From Octopus bimaculoides (taxonomy: Eukaryota), in the NCBI RefSeq assembly GCF_001194135.2, contig NC_068984.1:28795793-28859792 (forward strand): 64,000 nt of DNA, written 5' to 3'. The notes below the pieces were generated by a model. The model did not search any database. It was given only the letters and a program-made list of their open reading frames with translations, and was not told the DNA's origin. The translations under genes were made by a program, and so were the position numbers. How positions within the stretch are numbered: the stretch's first letter is position 1; each line of letters opens with the position of its first letter. Positions 26,576 to 39,170 of this stretch are shown one piece after another.

Positions 26576-27863
26576 CTCTCATTAATAGTAATAAAAGAAA
26601 ATAATGTGATAAAATGCGGAGCAGTTGACATCAAAAGAATATACATTAGTAATTAAAAGAGACTAAGAAGAAAGATATTGGTACCTGTCAAGAACAAACG
26701 CGGTCAGTATAAACATCAGGTGAAAATGATACACAGTAAATAATATTTGTGAATAGATATTCTTTCCATAAGCTACTACTTTTATTCCAATATGTTAATC
26801 TAGCAAGAAAAAGTGGGCCTTTAAATTCCCATGGGTACAAACTGCTTGGTAGGAAGATATAACTGAATAGACATCACAATGTTAGATGAAAAATGTGAGC
26901 TTTATGAAATGTCATACAGAAAGATAAATTAATGAAAAACAATACAGTTAACATGAAAATGTTTAAGCAGATGTAAAAGTACAAGTGTGTTTGAGTGTTA
27001 AGTTGTACAATTTTGAAATAAAATTCTATTCTATGTATTAGACAAAAAGAAATTTGCATAGTGAGTATTCCATTTGCTTGACTATAACTAATCAACATTT
27101 CTATCAACTTTTTCTACTTTGTGCGAGAATGGAAATACTATTCAGAATTGCAGCTTAAGCTCCCAAAATATATGACAAATGTCCAAAATTTACAATATAT
27201 ATATATATATATATACTGAATGTGTGTTGTTGCAAACAAGGAAAAGTAACAAAAGGAAAACTAAAAACAAATAAAAATGATTGATTTAATGGTATCGTTA
27301 ATTTAATGTAGGTAAATAAGCAATCTATTTTAGAATGCAAAGATTGGCAGAAGCATTAGCAATAGCAGCAGCAGCGAAGACTTGGGTATAAATTCAGAAA
27401 AAAAAAGAAAGTAAAGATGGCCAGGAGTTATAGGCGACAGATGTCAAGATCGGTAGCTGTTCTGTTATGAATAGCCAATATCTATTGGTTGCAAAGGATT
27501 AGAGAGAGATAAAACAAAGAACTCGAAGTTTTCAGAGGAATGGAATACATTTTAGAAAGATTTCTCTACACAGATCTCTAAATATTGTCACAAAGATTTT
27601 GCCAATATATTCAGATTACTTTCTGTTAGTTGTAATATCAGATCAATAGTTTTGCTAGATCACAGTTCAGTTCTTCATTTGCTATCTTCTTTCCTATTTT
27701 CTGGTTATAGAATCGAATAAGTATTCATCATAAAACAAAGAGACACAACAGCTGAATACATTTACAATAAAATACATGCATGCACATTTGTGCACATGTA
27801 TATACATGTATATATACATACATATAAAATAATATATACATAAATATATATATTGCATATATA

Positions 27864-27902
<39 letters not shown>

Positions 27903-27953
27903 GCATATATACATATACACCTATATGTACACACATACACACATATATATACA

Positions 27954-28278
27954 CAGGAGTGGCTATGTGGTAAGTAGCTTGTGAGTGTTTATTGAGCAAA
28001 AACACCAAAACCTCCACGAGGCTCCGGCAGAGGATGGTGGCGAACCCTGCTATACTCTTTCACCACAACTTTCTCTCACTCCCTGTTTCTGTTGTGCCTG
28101 TAATTCAAAGGGTTAGCCTTGTCACACTGTGTCACGCTGAATATCCCCGAGAACTATGTTAAGGGTACACGTGTCTGTGGAGTGCTCAGCCACTTGCACG
28201 TTAATTTCACGAGCCGGCTGTTCTGTTGATCGGATCAACTGGAACCCTCGACATCATGAGCGACGGAGTGTCAACAAC
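27954..28278 (+). mobile_element. SINE body with GC-rich core, carrying a short head from the 21931 family
   Basis: CpG-rich, little-decayed body (GGCTCCGGCAGAGGATGGTGGCGAACCCTG...GGAGTGCTCAGCCACTTGCACGTTAATTTCACGAGCCGG...CGACGGAGTGTCAACAAC). The first 28 bp match the head at 21934. Confidence 0.75.
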
Positions 28279-28358
28279 ACTATGTACAACAGTATCAGTA
28301 AACAAATTCAATAAGTAAATCAATAAACAACTGCTAGATACGTAATATACATACACGC

Positions 28359-28362
<4 letters not shown>

Positions 28363-28424
<62 letters not shown>
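28363..28424. repeat. (AT)n microsatellite
   Basis: Direct reading. Confidence 0.95.
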
Positions 28425-28427
<3 letters not shown>

Positions 28428-28539
28428 GACACTGGTGTCACACAAATTGGTACCCATGCTGGTGACATGTAAAAAGCACCCCAGTGACACACAAATGGCA
28501 CCCGTGCCAGTGGTATGTACACTGAGAGTGTACTGGGTG

Positions 28540-28765
28540 CCAGTGGCGAGCTGGCAAAATCGTTAGCACATTCGAGTGAAATGCTTAGTGGTATTTCACC
28601 CGTCTTTACATCCCGAGTTCAAATTGTGCTGAGGTTGACTTTGCCTTTCATCCTTTTGGTGTCAATAAATCAAATACCAGTTGGGTACTAGGGTCAATGA
28701 GATTGAATTTCCCCCTTCCCACAAAATCCAGGTCTTGTGACTATAGTAGAAAAGATTATTATTGC
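28540..28765 (+). mobile_element. tRNA-derived SINE with Meta-domain-like core
   Basis: GGCGAGCTGGCAAAATCGTTAGCAC...GAGTTCAAATT (B-box-like), core GAGGTTGACTTTGCCTTTCATCCTTTTGGTGTCAATAAA..TACCAG, and (ATT)n tail. Confidence 0.8.
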
Positions 28766-28776
28766 TATTATTATTG

Positions 28777-28990
28777 ATGGTGAGCTGGCAGAGTTGTTAC
28801 CATGCCGGACAAAATGCTTAGTGGCATTTCTTCTGGCTTTATGATTTAAGTTCAAATTCTGGCAAGGCTGACTTTGCCTTCCATCTTTTGGGGGTTGATT
28901 AAACAAGTACTGGTTGAGCACTGGGTTTGAAGTAATTAACTAGCCCCTCCAACATTTCAGGCCTTCCTGTCAAAATTAGAAATAATTACT
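28777..28990 (+). mobile_element. Adjacent second copy of the same SINE
   Basis: Colinear with 28540-28765 and starts within the ATT tail of the first copy. Confidence 0.75.
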
Positions 28991-29939
28991 TCTATTATTA
29001 AGTAGAATATATTTAATTCAAAGAGGAAAATAGATGGTTATTACATTTCTTTCCAAGTATTTTTTTTTTAATATCTAATTTTAAAAACAAAATTTATTGT
29101 TAAATGAAACTTTGTTGAACATTATGAAAATATAATATCAGCTAAGTTCTATTTTTAATAACTTATGCTACATAGATTAATATTTCACTTTACTTAATAT
29201 TTTCAAGAAAACTTATATTCATTAAAATATTACTTCAAAATGTCTATATTTTCTTTTACAGATATTAAATTATTAATGTTTAGCATTATTCAAATATCCC
29301 TCAGATGACCAATCACCAACATAAAATTGATGTGATGATGATGATGACTAAATAAGATACATTAAGTAATTTACAGAAGTTACATATTAAATGATAGCTG
29401 TTTACTTATGAAATTTCCTCATGTTTTTGGCATTTTGAATCAAAATGTTTAAATTGCATCAAATTGCAATTAACAACTTTATTGCTTCTAGTAAAATTTA
29501 CTAAAATTTTCCACATGAATCACAAATTTTACATTTTAAATTTGAAAGAAATGGTGCTCAGTAAAGGAAATTAAACTAGAAAATGTTTTCGCAATTATCA
29601 TTTTAATACTGAAATAAAATTTACATAGTTTTGTACATTTAATTATTTAATTTGCAATATAGAAGTCAATATTTTCATTTCTTCCTGGAAGTGTAACTAT
29701 CAGCTAAAATATTTAACAAGAGAACTATGCAATTAGCTAACAATAAAATGACATTTAAAAAAAAATTTCTATTTGGTTTTATATTTTCAACTGTATCGAA
29801 AGTACAATATTTAGAATTCGTGCCAGTGCCCAGTAATTTCATTATCTGTATATTGTACTTATTTGTAAATCCTGAAATTTTGGTTTGTGTGATGTCTGCA
29901 TTTTTTTTTTTTGTGAACTTTAAAACAGATTTTATGAAG

Positions 29940-30430
29940 TGTTTCCATTTTCAGCTCCCTACACATGAGATATCTTCATATTTTGTAAGAATGGATTCTT
30001 CATGCTGGAGGCCTATCTTTATTTTGTAGTGTTTGACAATTTCTGGTTGATTAAACATCATTGCTCTGTTTGTGAGTATTGGCAAAACCTAAGTATAGTT
30101 GCGTTGTCATTCTCTGAAACCTTCTCTATCTTCCAGTATATGTATGCCCCAACTCTGTCATGCCCTAGATATATTCTTTCTTAGCAAAGACACAATAGAG
30201 TTATTTCTTTTCCATATCCACATAATCTTGCACTTTCTGCATTTTACTTCATTATGTGGCTTTTTAGTGAGAATCCTGAGCAACAATCTTAGTTTAGAGT
30301 CCTGTACTTCTCAGGACACTAAGCTTATTTTCATTGTCTACTTCCATTCTCTTCCATTTTTTTTTTCAGGTATTTGGTGCAATTGTTTTATTATTTTGGC
30401 ATTTATAGCCATGATAAAACAAATATAGCT
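29940..30430 (-). mobile_element. Old relic of an R4/Dong-like RLE non-LTR retrotransposon
   Basis: Reverse strand is colinear with 54150-54700 (CTGAGAAGTACAGGACT, AAATGCAGAAAGTG, GCTAAGAAAGAATATAT..GGCATGACAGAGTTGGGGCATACATATACTGGAAG, GAGAATGACAACGCAACTATACT). Confidence 0.65.
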
Positions 30431-31091
30431 AACATCATGTCAGCTTTTGCTGCACATTGATGACTTGCTTGAAAACAGAAGTAAAATTATTATTATTTTT
30501 TTTTTGTTCATATGTTGTGGTTATTTGAAGGTCTTTCATTAATCTTTACTAGGTATTTTTGTAACTTTTTAGTGGATATTTTATACCATTTGCATAGGGC
30601 CCCCAAGCTCCATGTATTCACAATAAATATAATCTTTCTGTGTCAGATTTTGTGTGGTGCATTATAAAGGCAGTAATTCTTTTTCTTGTTTCTAGTTGAG
30701 TTTGGCTAATTTATTTAACTATAATTAATTACTGTAACAACTAGAGTGCTGATGTCATATATACATAGATGGTGCATGTCTGCTCCTTGCTGAGTTTCAC
30801 CTCTTCTTATACCTGTAATTGCTCTTACATGAGATCTTAAATGACTCTTGAGCCCTGAAATGCATTCAAAGAGCTAATCAGGTTTACTGTAGAAATTCTG
30901 CATTTCAGCATAGGTTCCATTTCTACTTATTTATTATGAATGTTCAAGAGCTGCTCCAATCCTCCACATGACTTGTAGGTTTCCTGAGATATTGCATTGA
31001 AACTGGTCAGCCAGAATGAAATTCCACTAGTTCATGTATCCCTTACCTGCATGATCACACTGGTGTAATCTAATACCAGCATGAGATATGC

Positions 31092-31093
<2 letters not shown>

Positions 31094-31138
<45 letters not shown>
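31094..31138. repeat. (AT)n microsatellite
   Basis: Direct reading. Confidence 0.95.
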
Positions 31139-31141
<3 letters not shown>

Positions 31142-34100
31142 TAGTGTTTACTGTCAGAATAAATTAACTCAGCAGCATAGTAGATATTAATAATAATACT
31201 TATGATGTAACTTGTCTGAAGACTCGGCACATATCAAGACAAAACTCTGATTCCAACCTGAACAATAATATATATATATATATATATTCATTCTGTTGTA
31301 AGTATTAATCTGTGTCTAGAATATTTACTTTCATAATTTAAGTGTTTTGTGCACTAAATGATTCATTGACTCCTAAATATTTGTATGTCTGTGAACTCTT
31401 ATGCAGGTTCTAAGTCTGTATATTTTATTGTTTCTTTAACCATGGTAATGAGAAGGAGTTTTCCTAGGGGATCCAGTCATGTTTTGTCTCCAGCACCATC
31501 AGTTTCTCATTAAAAACCTCTACCAGTAAATATTTAAATATTTTAACCAGAAGTGTAGAATCTTATCATGTCCTGGTGCCTTCCTGCTGTTTAGTTTTTG
31601 CAGTATCTGAGCTACTTCCGTTACTATGGTCTCCTATGATTGCTCAGATGCTGTGTTCATTGTTTTGAACAATTTCATCCGTGATTATTTCTTCACTGCA
31701 CATACTCCTCCCCAGAATACTGCTACTTCACTTGATGTTCGTGTTCCACTGATTTACGTTTTATTTTTACCAAGTTCTTAATAAAATTGTTTTAAGTTTG
31801 AGCTGAAATGTTTGTTTTGTTCAAAGAGCTGTGGTAATTTTTCATACCAATGGATTCTTTACAAGTTAACAAGGATCTCTTATTTCAAGTGTTCTTTGAT
31901 TTTAGGTACTTTTTTTTTTTTGTTATGTTTCTGTTTCTGTAGTATTTGCCTCTTTACCCATTTTTTAAAACTTGTTCTGTTGTTCATTTCATTAAGGATT
32001 GAGAAATCTTTTCTCTGACTTGCTTACTTTTTCTGTATATTTGTTTTCCATGTTTGCTTGAGTTATAATATTCTAAACAATTATCATCATCATCATTATC
32101 ATCATGCTTTCAAAAGTTTATGCAAGTTTCTACTAAACTACTAGACACACCTTTGTGTTTCTGAGGTGTGTGCAGCATTGTCTTTTGAGAATGTAAAATT
32201 ATGTTTGTAAACGAAGTACAGTTTGCTTTGTTGTGGGATTTAGTTTGTTATTTCTGGTATTATCATAGTGTTTCATCTATTGTGCAGAGCATGTGCAACG
32301 TGAGTCATATTATTTTGTTTGTTGGTGTTTTTGTGTTTCACATGCACTGTGTGATTGGTGTTATTTTAGCGTCTGACAGTAACAGCGTTGTGTTGTGTGA
32401 GTTGATGCTGTCCAAATATCACAGAAAGAACCTAGATTTTGGATTGGAACTGATTCTTTCACTGTTAGTGAAATTTTTAAAATAAAACCAGAAAAACATA
32501 TATGCTTGATTTAAGTAAAAAAGAGCTTAAATAAATCTCGAAGAAAAACAAACAAGCATGCATGCATGGTTCTTGATAGCTTGCTTGTTTTTGTTTGAGA
32601 TTTATCTGAGATCTTTTTTGCAGAATTCAAACATGCATGTTCTTCAGGTTTATTTTTAAAATTTCACCTACAGAGGAACAGCAATGCATGCATGCATAAA
32701 TAAATAGATGCACATACGTGCATACATATATTCACACATACGTAACAGCATACATTCATAGATAAACACTGTTTACAAGGCTATCCACTAGAAAAACCAT
32801 TCTGAGAGTCATATAAAAGATACATTAGAACCAGAATGCATTCACACATTTAAAAATAAGGAATGCTTATAAAATATTCCAGTAAAAACATCAATCTTGT
32901 GCAAACATACCAGACTCGATCTTGTTCTATGCGACAAGAAGTAAAATCATGCAATGCTGTAAAGTTCAGCTGCCCGGCAAATTTAAATATAAGTTGTGGA
33001 AAAAAAATCTCTGGCAATCTACTATGGAACTTATAGTTCTTGTACTTTGGTCACAAATTCTCATTTATACCTATGGCCAGCATTGCAGTAGACTATGTAA
33101 CAACAGATTTGCATTAAAGCCAGGAAATGCCAGTGCTTTCCAAGAAGAAAGTTAACTGATTTGCATTCTCTAAATTCAGTTAATTAGTGGTACGGTGAAG
33201 ATTTGTAAAGTATTCAAGATTTTTTGAGATTCATGCAATGAATATATGCACACAATCACATAAGCATCTGGTATATACACATACATAAAATCAAATGTAC
33301 ATTCACATACATATGTATTAAGGCAATATACACTTGTTACATGATCACAAGTATATCTGGACATAGATGTATGGTCATATAAACTGAAATATTCACATAT
33401 TTCTGGAAATACCTTGACTAAAACAAAAGAAATTTATAATTCAGTTACTAACTGGCACAAAATCTGCAAAGAAGAACTACAATGTCAAAGAAAATCCTTC
33501 ATGCACACATGCAAACTTTAATCCTGGAGATTTAATCTTTAAGTTCTTATCAGATTTGAAGCTGGTCACTGGCAATATGAAGAGATACTGATACAATAAA
33601 AATTCTACTCATGTGGACATGTCTTAACAATGCAGGAAACCAACATGCCAAAACAAAGATGCTACTCATAATTATGTGGTTGCAAAAGAAATCAGGGTTT
33701 AACCAACAGAGGTGCAATGCTATAGATTAACATCACATAAATAGTTTGGATATTCATTCCTACAGCTGGGACAATAGCTGAGGTCAGAAATTAGAGATGG
33801 AGATTGATCACATCTTTCACAACTATGATCATAATAGTCTTCCCGTAAGTGATATGTTTACACTTTCAACAACTATTTTCTGTTAGTGGCATGAGGTATA
33901 GTCAATAAACATGAGATTATATATTTGATTATATATGTGAGTTAGTTATTTCCATTACAGGTCAATCACATTCTATTATGTATAATTTAACTGAAGATAC
34001 AGTTGTATCTAATATGATGTATGAAACTTTTTATATTGGTTCCTTAGTTGTATAAATGTTTTTGAAAAGTTGCAAAATGTGTGTTATGAAAGAGGAGGGG

Positions 34101-35942
34101 ATAAAACTCCTCGGCTTAAATGGGACTAAATCCATCAGCTGAAATCATTCAAAACAACTATACTATAAGTAACATAAGGCAACAGTTTCAGGCATATTTC
34201 AGACATTGGATTACAGCATGGTATTGAATTTGATTATCAGCATTAATAGCTTATTCCAACAGTGATGCCTCCTCCTATTGTGTTTGAAAAGTTCTGGGCT
34301 TTTACTTCTGAGCATATTTGCGAAGCATTTTGTTACTACTGAGCATAATGAGAAGCATTTTGCTTGATTTGACACTTCAAAGAGTAGTGTTTACATTTAT
34401 ATCATGTTAACCATCTTGACAATCATGTTGTGTGTGTATGTATATATATATATATATACACATATATAATGTGTAGTCTCTCCACTATTAATTAATATCC
34501 AAATATGTTTTAGAAAATGCTGTAATATTCTCTAGGTATCAGTAATAAAATGAATAGTACTGGTGCAGACAATTTTTATAGCGCTCAAAATGAATTATTT
34601 CAGGTGATTTCCATTAGCAAATTCTATTACCAGATTTGTTTGTTGAATCTATAGATTTATAGTATGTAGAGGAAATGTAACTTAAAGGAATTTAGATGTC
34701 AAACAAACCTTAGACAAAATATAATTAAAACAAATATTAATTTACAGCAATAACTATGATGATAATGATGATGAACTATAAACAATTTTTTTATCAGTCT
34801 AAAACAATAGTCTTCTCCTAACAAATGCACTTATTGATAATGGAAAACCATTTATTATAAATTTAGTCTTAAGAAATGCTTCTTGTAAAACTGAAGACCT
34901 ATATTATATCACAAAATATATAAACTTGGACTCACACATAAAACTGATTATAAAATAAATAGCATTAGACTCCCATCATATGTTGGTTCATATTCATATA
35001 CTGCTAACATTGTTGTAACTTCATTTTATTTGAAACTATAGAAGAGATACAAATTGTTGTATATAACTGTCCTAATCTATATGTTAATAGTGTACATATG
35101 ATATATAATTTGTCTCCTCTTGTGCACACACATCAACTGTGCACATACATGCTAATTTATATAGTTCTATTCTAAGTGAAAATTTTAAAATGGAAACAGT
35201 CATTATACCTTCTCACACAAATGACACAATATAAAGCTTGTTATACATTAAAATATTTTAAACACAAATTTAATCATAAAGTTAACTTGTTATTCAAGTA
35301 TACTCATAGTTAGAACAATAAAATAAATAATGTACAGTTCTTAGTGCAATGAATAATTATAAGAGAAATTATACTCTAAATATGATGCAAAATCTGGTCA
35401 AAAAAAATTAGAAGTTGACAATTTTCTATGTAATATTCTCTGAAAGATCAAATGGAAACCTCAAAAAATTAATATGTTCTGTAGTTCTTCGACTTTGAAA
35501 AGCCTGTAGAATCGTATTTGCATTTTAACATAACTTTTTTTTCTAATCAAATATAACATAATGTTAAATGTATGCAACAAGGAAAATACATTTGCTTTGT
35601 GTGAAGATGTTTCACAAGATCTCACAATTTCAATTATTATATTTTAGAAAATATAATGCAGACATTTTTGGATAATTTGGTGGTGAAAGTAAGCTATGTT
35701 CAGATCGTATTATTCTTATGTGTAAACCTGTTCCTTCTTATTTATTTATTTTTTTTGCTAATTTTTATTTTTACTCTTTAAATGGCTACTGAGAGTTACA
35801 ATAAATTGTCAAAGAATCTTTAGAAAATTTGTTAAAATGAAATATGAATTTGAGAATTTCTAAACAACTCATAAATTTCTACAACTGTTCAGTGAAGCTC
35901 AATTTAAGGAGGATTAAAATATCTCAGCAACACTGCATGTGA

Positions 35943-35984
<42 letters not shown>

Positions 35985-36231
35985 NNNNNNNNNNNNNNNN
36001 NNNNNNNNNNNNNNNNNNNNNNNNNNNNNNNNNNNNNNNNNNNNNNNNNNNNNNNNNNNNNNNNNNNNNNNNNNNNNNNNNNNNNNNNNNNNNNNNNNNN
36101 NNNNNNNNNNNNNNNNNNNNNNNNNNNNNNNNNNNNNNNNNNNNNNNNNNNNNNNNNNNNNNNNNNNNNNNNNNNNNNNNNNNNNNNNNNNNNNNNNNNN
36201 NNNNNNNNNNNNNNNNNNNNNNNNNNNNNNN
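35985..36231. other. Assembly gap (N run) between (GT)n and (AT)n/(AGAT)n
   Basis: Ns flanked by microsatellites. Confidence 1.
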
Positions 36232-36290
<59 letters not shown>

Positions 36291-37129
36291 CGTGTGAGTG
36301 ATAGGGATTGTGAATCTATGTTGGTAAATATATGCACAGAAGTAATAACACCTGTGTCCATACATGTTTGCATATATCAATCTTTTTGTGTATGCCAATA
36401 TGTATGTCAATATATATATTTGGAATTATGGGTGTTCATTGTTGGTATGTACATCAGTGTGCAGGCATTGTGTGTTATGTTGATTCAGCAAATATACTTC
36501 AGCTAGAATTTGTACAGATATATTGAAATAATAAGCATAAAGATATGGAGATAAGGAAAACCTAGTAAGGAAGCCAAGAGCAAATCAGCTGGAATTCAAT
36601 TCCCATCTGGTTTGCTTCATATTCTATTTCCTTATTTTCCTAGAATTTATGAATGCCTCTATATTACACATGTGAATATATTACACACATATTCACATAC
36701 ATGTGTGCACGTGCACACAAACACATACACACATGCAAAAGTAAGCACACATATAAATGCAAACTTATGTGTTAACTGAGAATATACATAAACACAAAGG
36801 AGTACATAGACATAAATAAAGTGTGAGAAGTAAATGGGATTCATATCCATACTATTTGGAACACCAGAGTATGTTATGATTCAGATCAGGTTGTTTCCAT
36901 ATAAAATATTTCATTCATAAACTTGTACATATAACGATCAGAAACCTTCATAGAAATTTCCTTTCAGCTCAAAAGTTCATAGACAAACAAGAATAAGACA
37001 ATGTCTTGACAATCATTTAGAACACAGTTAATTCCTTTCTTTGATCTAACACTACTTTTTCTACTACTGTTATATATTACTGCTGCTGCTGCTACTACTA
37101 CTACTTTCTGCTGTAGTGATCTTGTGATG

Positions 37130-37660
37130 TACATTCAAGCACCATACAGTTTTAATCGGGTAGCAAACAAAATCTGTCACTTATTTTGACACCATTGCCT
37201 GGTCCTTCAGAATCATTAGTGAGTTCACTTTGTTGCAAATATTTAGGTAAAATTTCTTGCCTGGAGTAACTCGCTCCCTTCTTTCTACCACAAGCTTTAG
37301 AGGTGCTGAAAATGTTCATGGTCAGTCTTTTAGCTTCTGGTATAATCTCAAGGTATCATCTTAAGCTATGCCAATGTATTTACGAAAGAAGTTTCTTGTC
37401 ATTCTTCTCCTACCCATTAAGGGTCGTTTCTCTCTGACATAACTTTTTTTCTATGCTGCTTACATATCTGCTATGGTTCTTGAGTTCTACAGTTAACTTT
37501 TGCATAACATTGGTTGTTCAGTACCCTCCCCACTGCCACTGCCCTCTTCTTCATCACCATTGCTGGCATTGTTTTAATACCTACTTCTCCCTCAAAGCAA
37601 ACATCAAACAGAATTGAGGCAACCTGTTTGCTCTTTCTTGACTCAGCAGCTAAGTTAATG
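37130..37660 (-). mobile_element. Possible Tigger/pogo-like transposase relic
   Basis: Heavily interrupted minus-strand translation with spacing reminiscent of the CENP-B HTH region (…WVGEE*QETSFVNTLA*LKMIP*DYTRS…HFQHL*SLW*K); no termini identified. Confidence 0.3.
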
Positions 37661-37684
37661 TTATTATTATTATTCAAATGTGAC

Positions 37685-37742
37685 GGAATCTAGTTACCAA
37701 GTCAAGGAATCTAGTTACCAAGTCAAGGAATCTAGTTACCAA
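37685..37742. repeat. 21-bp tandem repeat x2.8 (GGAATCTAGTTACCAAGTCAA)
   Basis: Perfect units at 37685 and 37706, partial unit at 37727. Confidence 0.95.
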
Positions 37743-38109
37743 AACCACATGTAATTTCATTTCATTTCAATTACAGCCAGACTCCCCCTACCATTGCAAA
37801 ATTCTTATGTGATAAATTTAATAATAATAATATGCGATAGTTTTAACATTTAATGATAACAACAATAATTATTATTAAATACTATGGCTTTTCTTCTGAG
37901 CGCGTCTAGCTATGTGGTGCATCAAACTTAATTTGTATAAGGCCTGTGCTCAAAGTCCATTCCCAGCATCTGTCGTATATTTAAAAGACATTTTTAAATA
38001 TCATTCCATTTCTTTGCTGCCATTCATAAATCAACAACTCACTTGTGCTTTCTTGAATCAACAGCTAAGTTATTCAGTTCTATATTCAAGAGATGAGGAA
38101 TTATTTACA

Positions 38110-38208
38110 TTATTTACATTTGACGGATATTTGTCCTCAACTTGTTTGTTGTTAACACAACGTTTTGGCTGATATACCCTCCAGCCTTCATCAGGTATCT
38201 TGGGGAAA
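38110..38208 (-). mobile_element. Penelope-like element terminal fragment
   Basis: TTTGACGGATATTTGTCCTC..CTTGTTTGTTGTTAACACAACGTTTTGGCTGATATACCCTCCAGCCTTCATCAGGT carries the CTGATGA...(G)AAACGT motif typical of Penelope pseudo-LTRs. Confidence 0.55.
38154..38199 (-). ncRNA. Minimal type I hammerhead ribozyme-like motif, core-mutated
   Basis: Minus strand GAUAC-CUGAUGA-A-GGCUG-GAGGGUAUAU-CAGCC-AAAA-CG-UU-GUGUU: stem I GAUAC/GUGUU, stem II GGCUG/CAGCC, palindromic ACGU stem III and a GUU cleavage triplet. The G12 position reads A. Confidence 0.6.
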
Positions 38209-38304
38209 AGTAGCAGAAAAGTAGGTAGATAAGGTAATTGAGGTAGTCAGAGTATGTGATAGGGTAATGAAGATGAGACTTACCATAGATAAATTAACAG
38301 TTAC

Positions 38305-39170
38305 ATTTGTCTCTACCTATGCTCCTCAGTCTGGGCTGACTGATTAGCAGAAGGACCAATTCTATGAGATCCCTTTGCAGACCACCTCAACAACAAATGA
38401 CAGAAACTTTATTATTGTGGCTGGTGGCTTCAATGAAATGTTGGACAGCACTCCCATGGATTCCAGGGAGTGCTTGGAGGATATGGTTTTGAACCTAGAA
38501 ATGAGGAGGGAACAAGACCGCTGGAGTTCTGTGATGCAAATGATCTCATGATCTGCAACATTAATTTAAAAAAAAAAAAAAACAGCCAGCCACCTAATCA
38601 CTTATCAGTCTGGTAAACACATAAGCCAGATTGACTACTTCCTCACCAGGCAACGAGATAGATGGATGCTTAAAAATGCAAAGTCTTTCCCAGATAAAGA
38701 ATGTACAACCCAATGTAGGTTACTAGTTAGTGCCTTCAGAATTAGAGTTAGAAAGACTCAGAGAAATAAACCAATTTGGAAAAGAAGTCTATGGAAGCTC
38801 AAAGACCCAGCAAACAGATAAAAATTTAGAGATTTACTAATGGAAGCTTTTGACAAAGGAAAGGAAAAGTTGGAGACATATAGATTAGAGGACAATTGGA
38901 AGTTCCAGTGTGACAATCTACTGAGGGCTACGGACAAAATCTGTGGTTGGTGTAGAGCCCCAGCTAGACCAAAGATGACATGGTAGTGGAGCAAGGAGGT
39001 TGACAGTGCTATAAAAGCAAAAAGACAGGCCAGGAAAGACTGGAAAAATGGTGGAAGCAGAGAATATTATCAGGTAGCCAAAAGGGCAGCTAGGCATCAG
39101 GTATACATAGCAAAAGGAGTAGCTGAAGGTAAGAGATTTGCAAATGTTCTACAGCATAAGGACCAAAGTC
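38305..39170 (+). mobile_element. RTE LINE fragment: AP-endonuclease domain and linker (pseudogenised)
   Basis: FVSTYAPQSGL..QKDQFYE...IIVAGGFN...GGYGFEPRNEEGTRPLEFCDANDLMICN...HLITYQSG...SQIDYFL...WKLKDP...TW*WSKEVDSAIKAKRQA, with stops and frameshifts. Confidence 0.9.
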
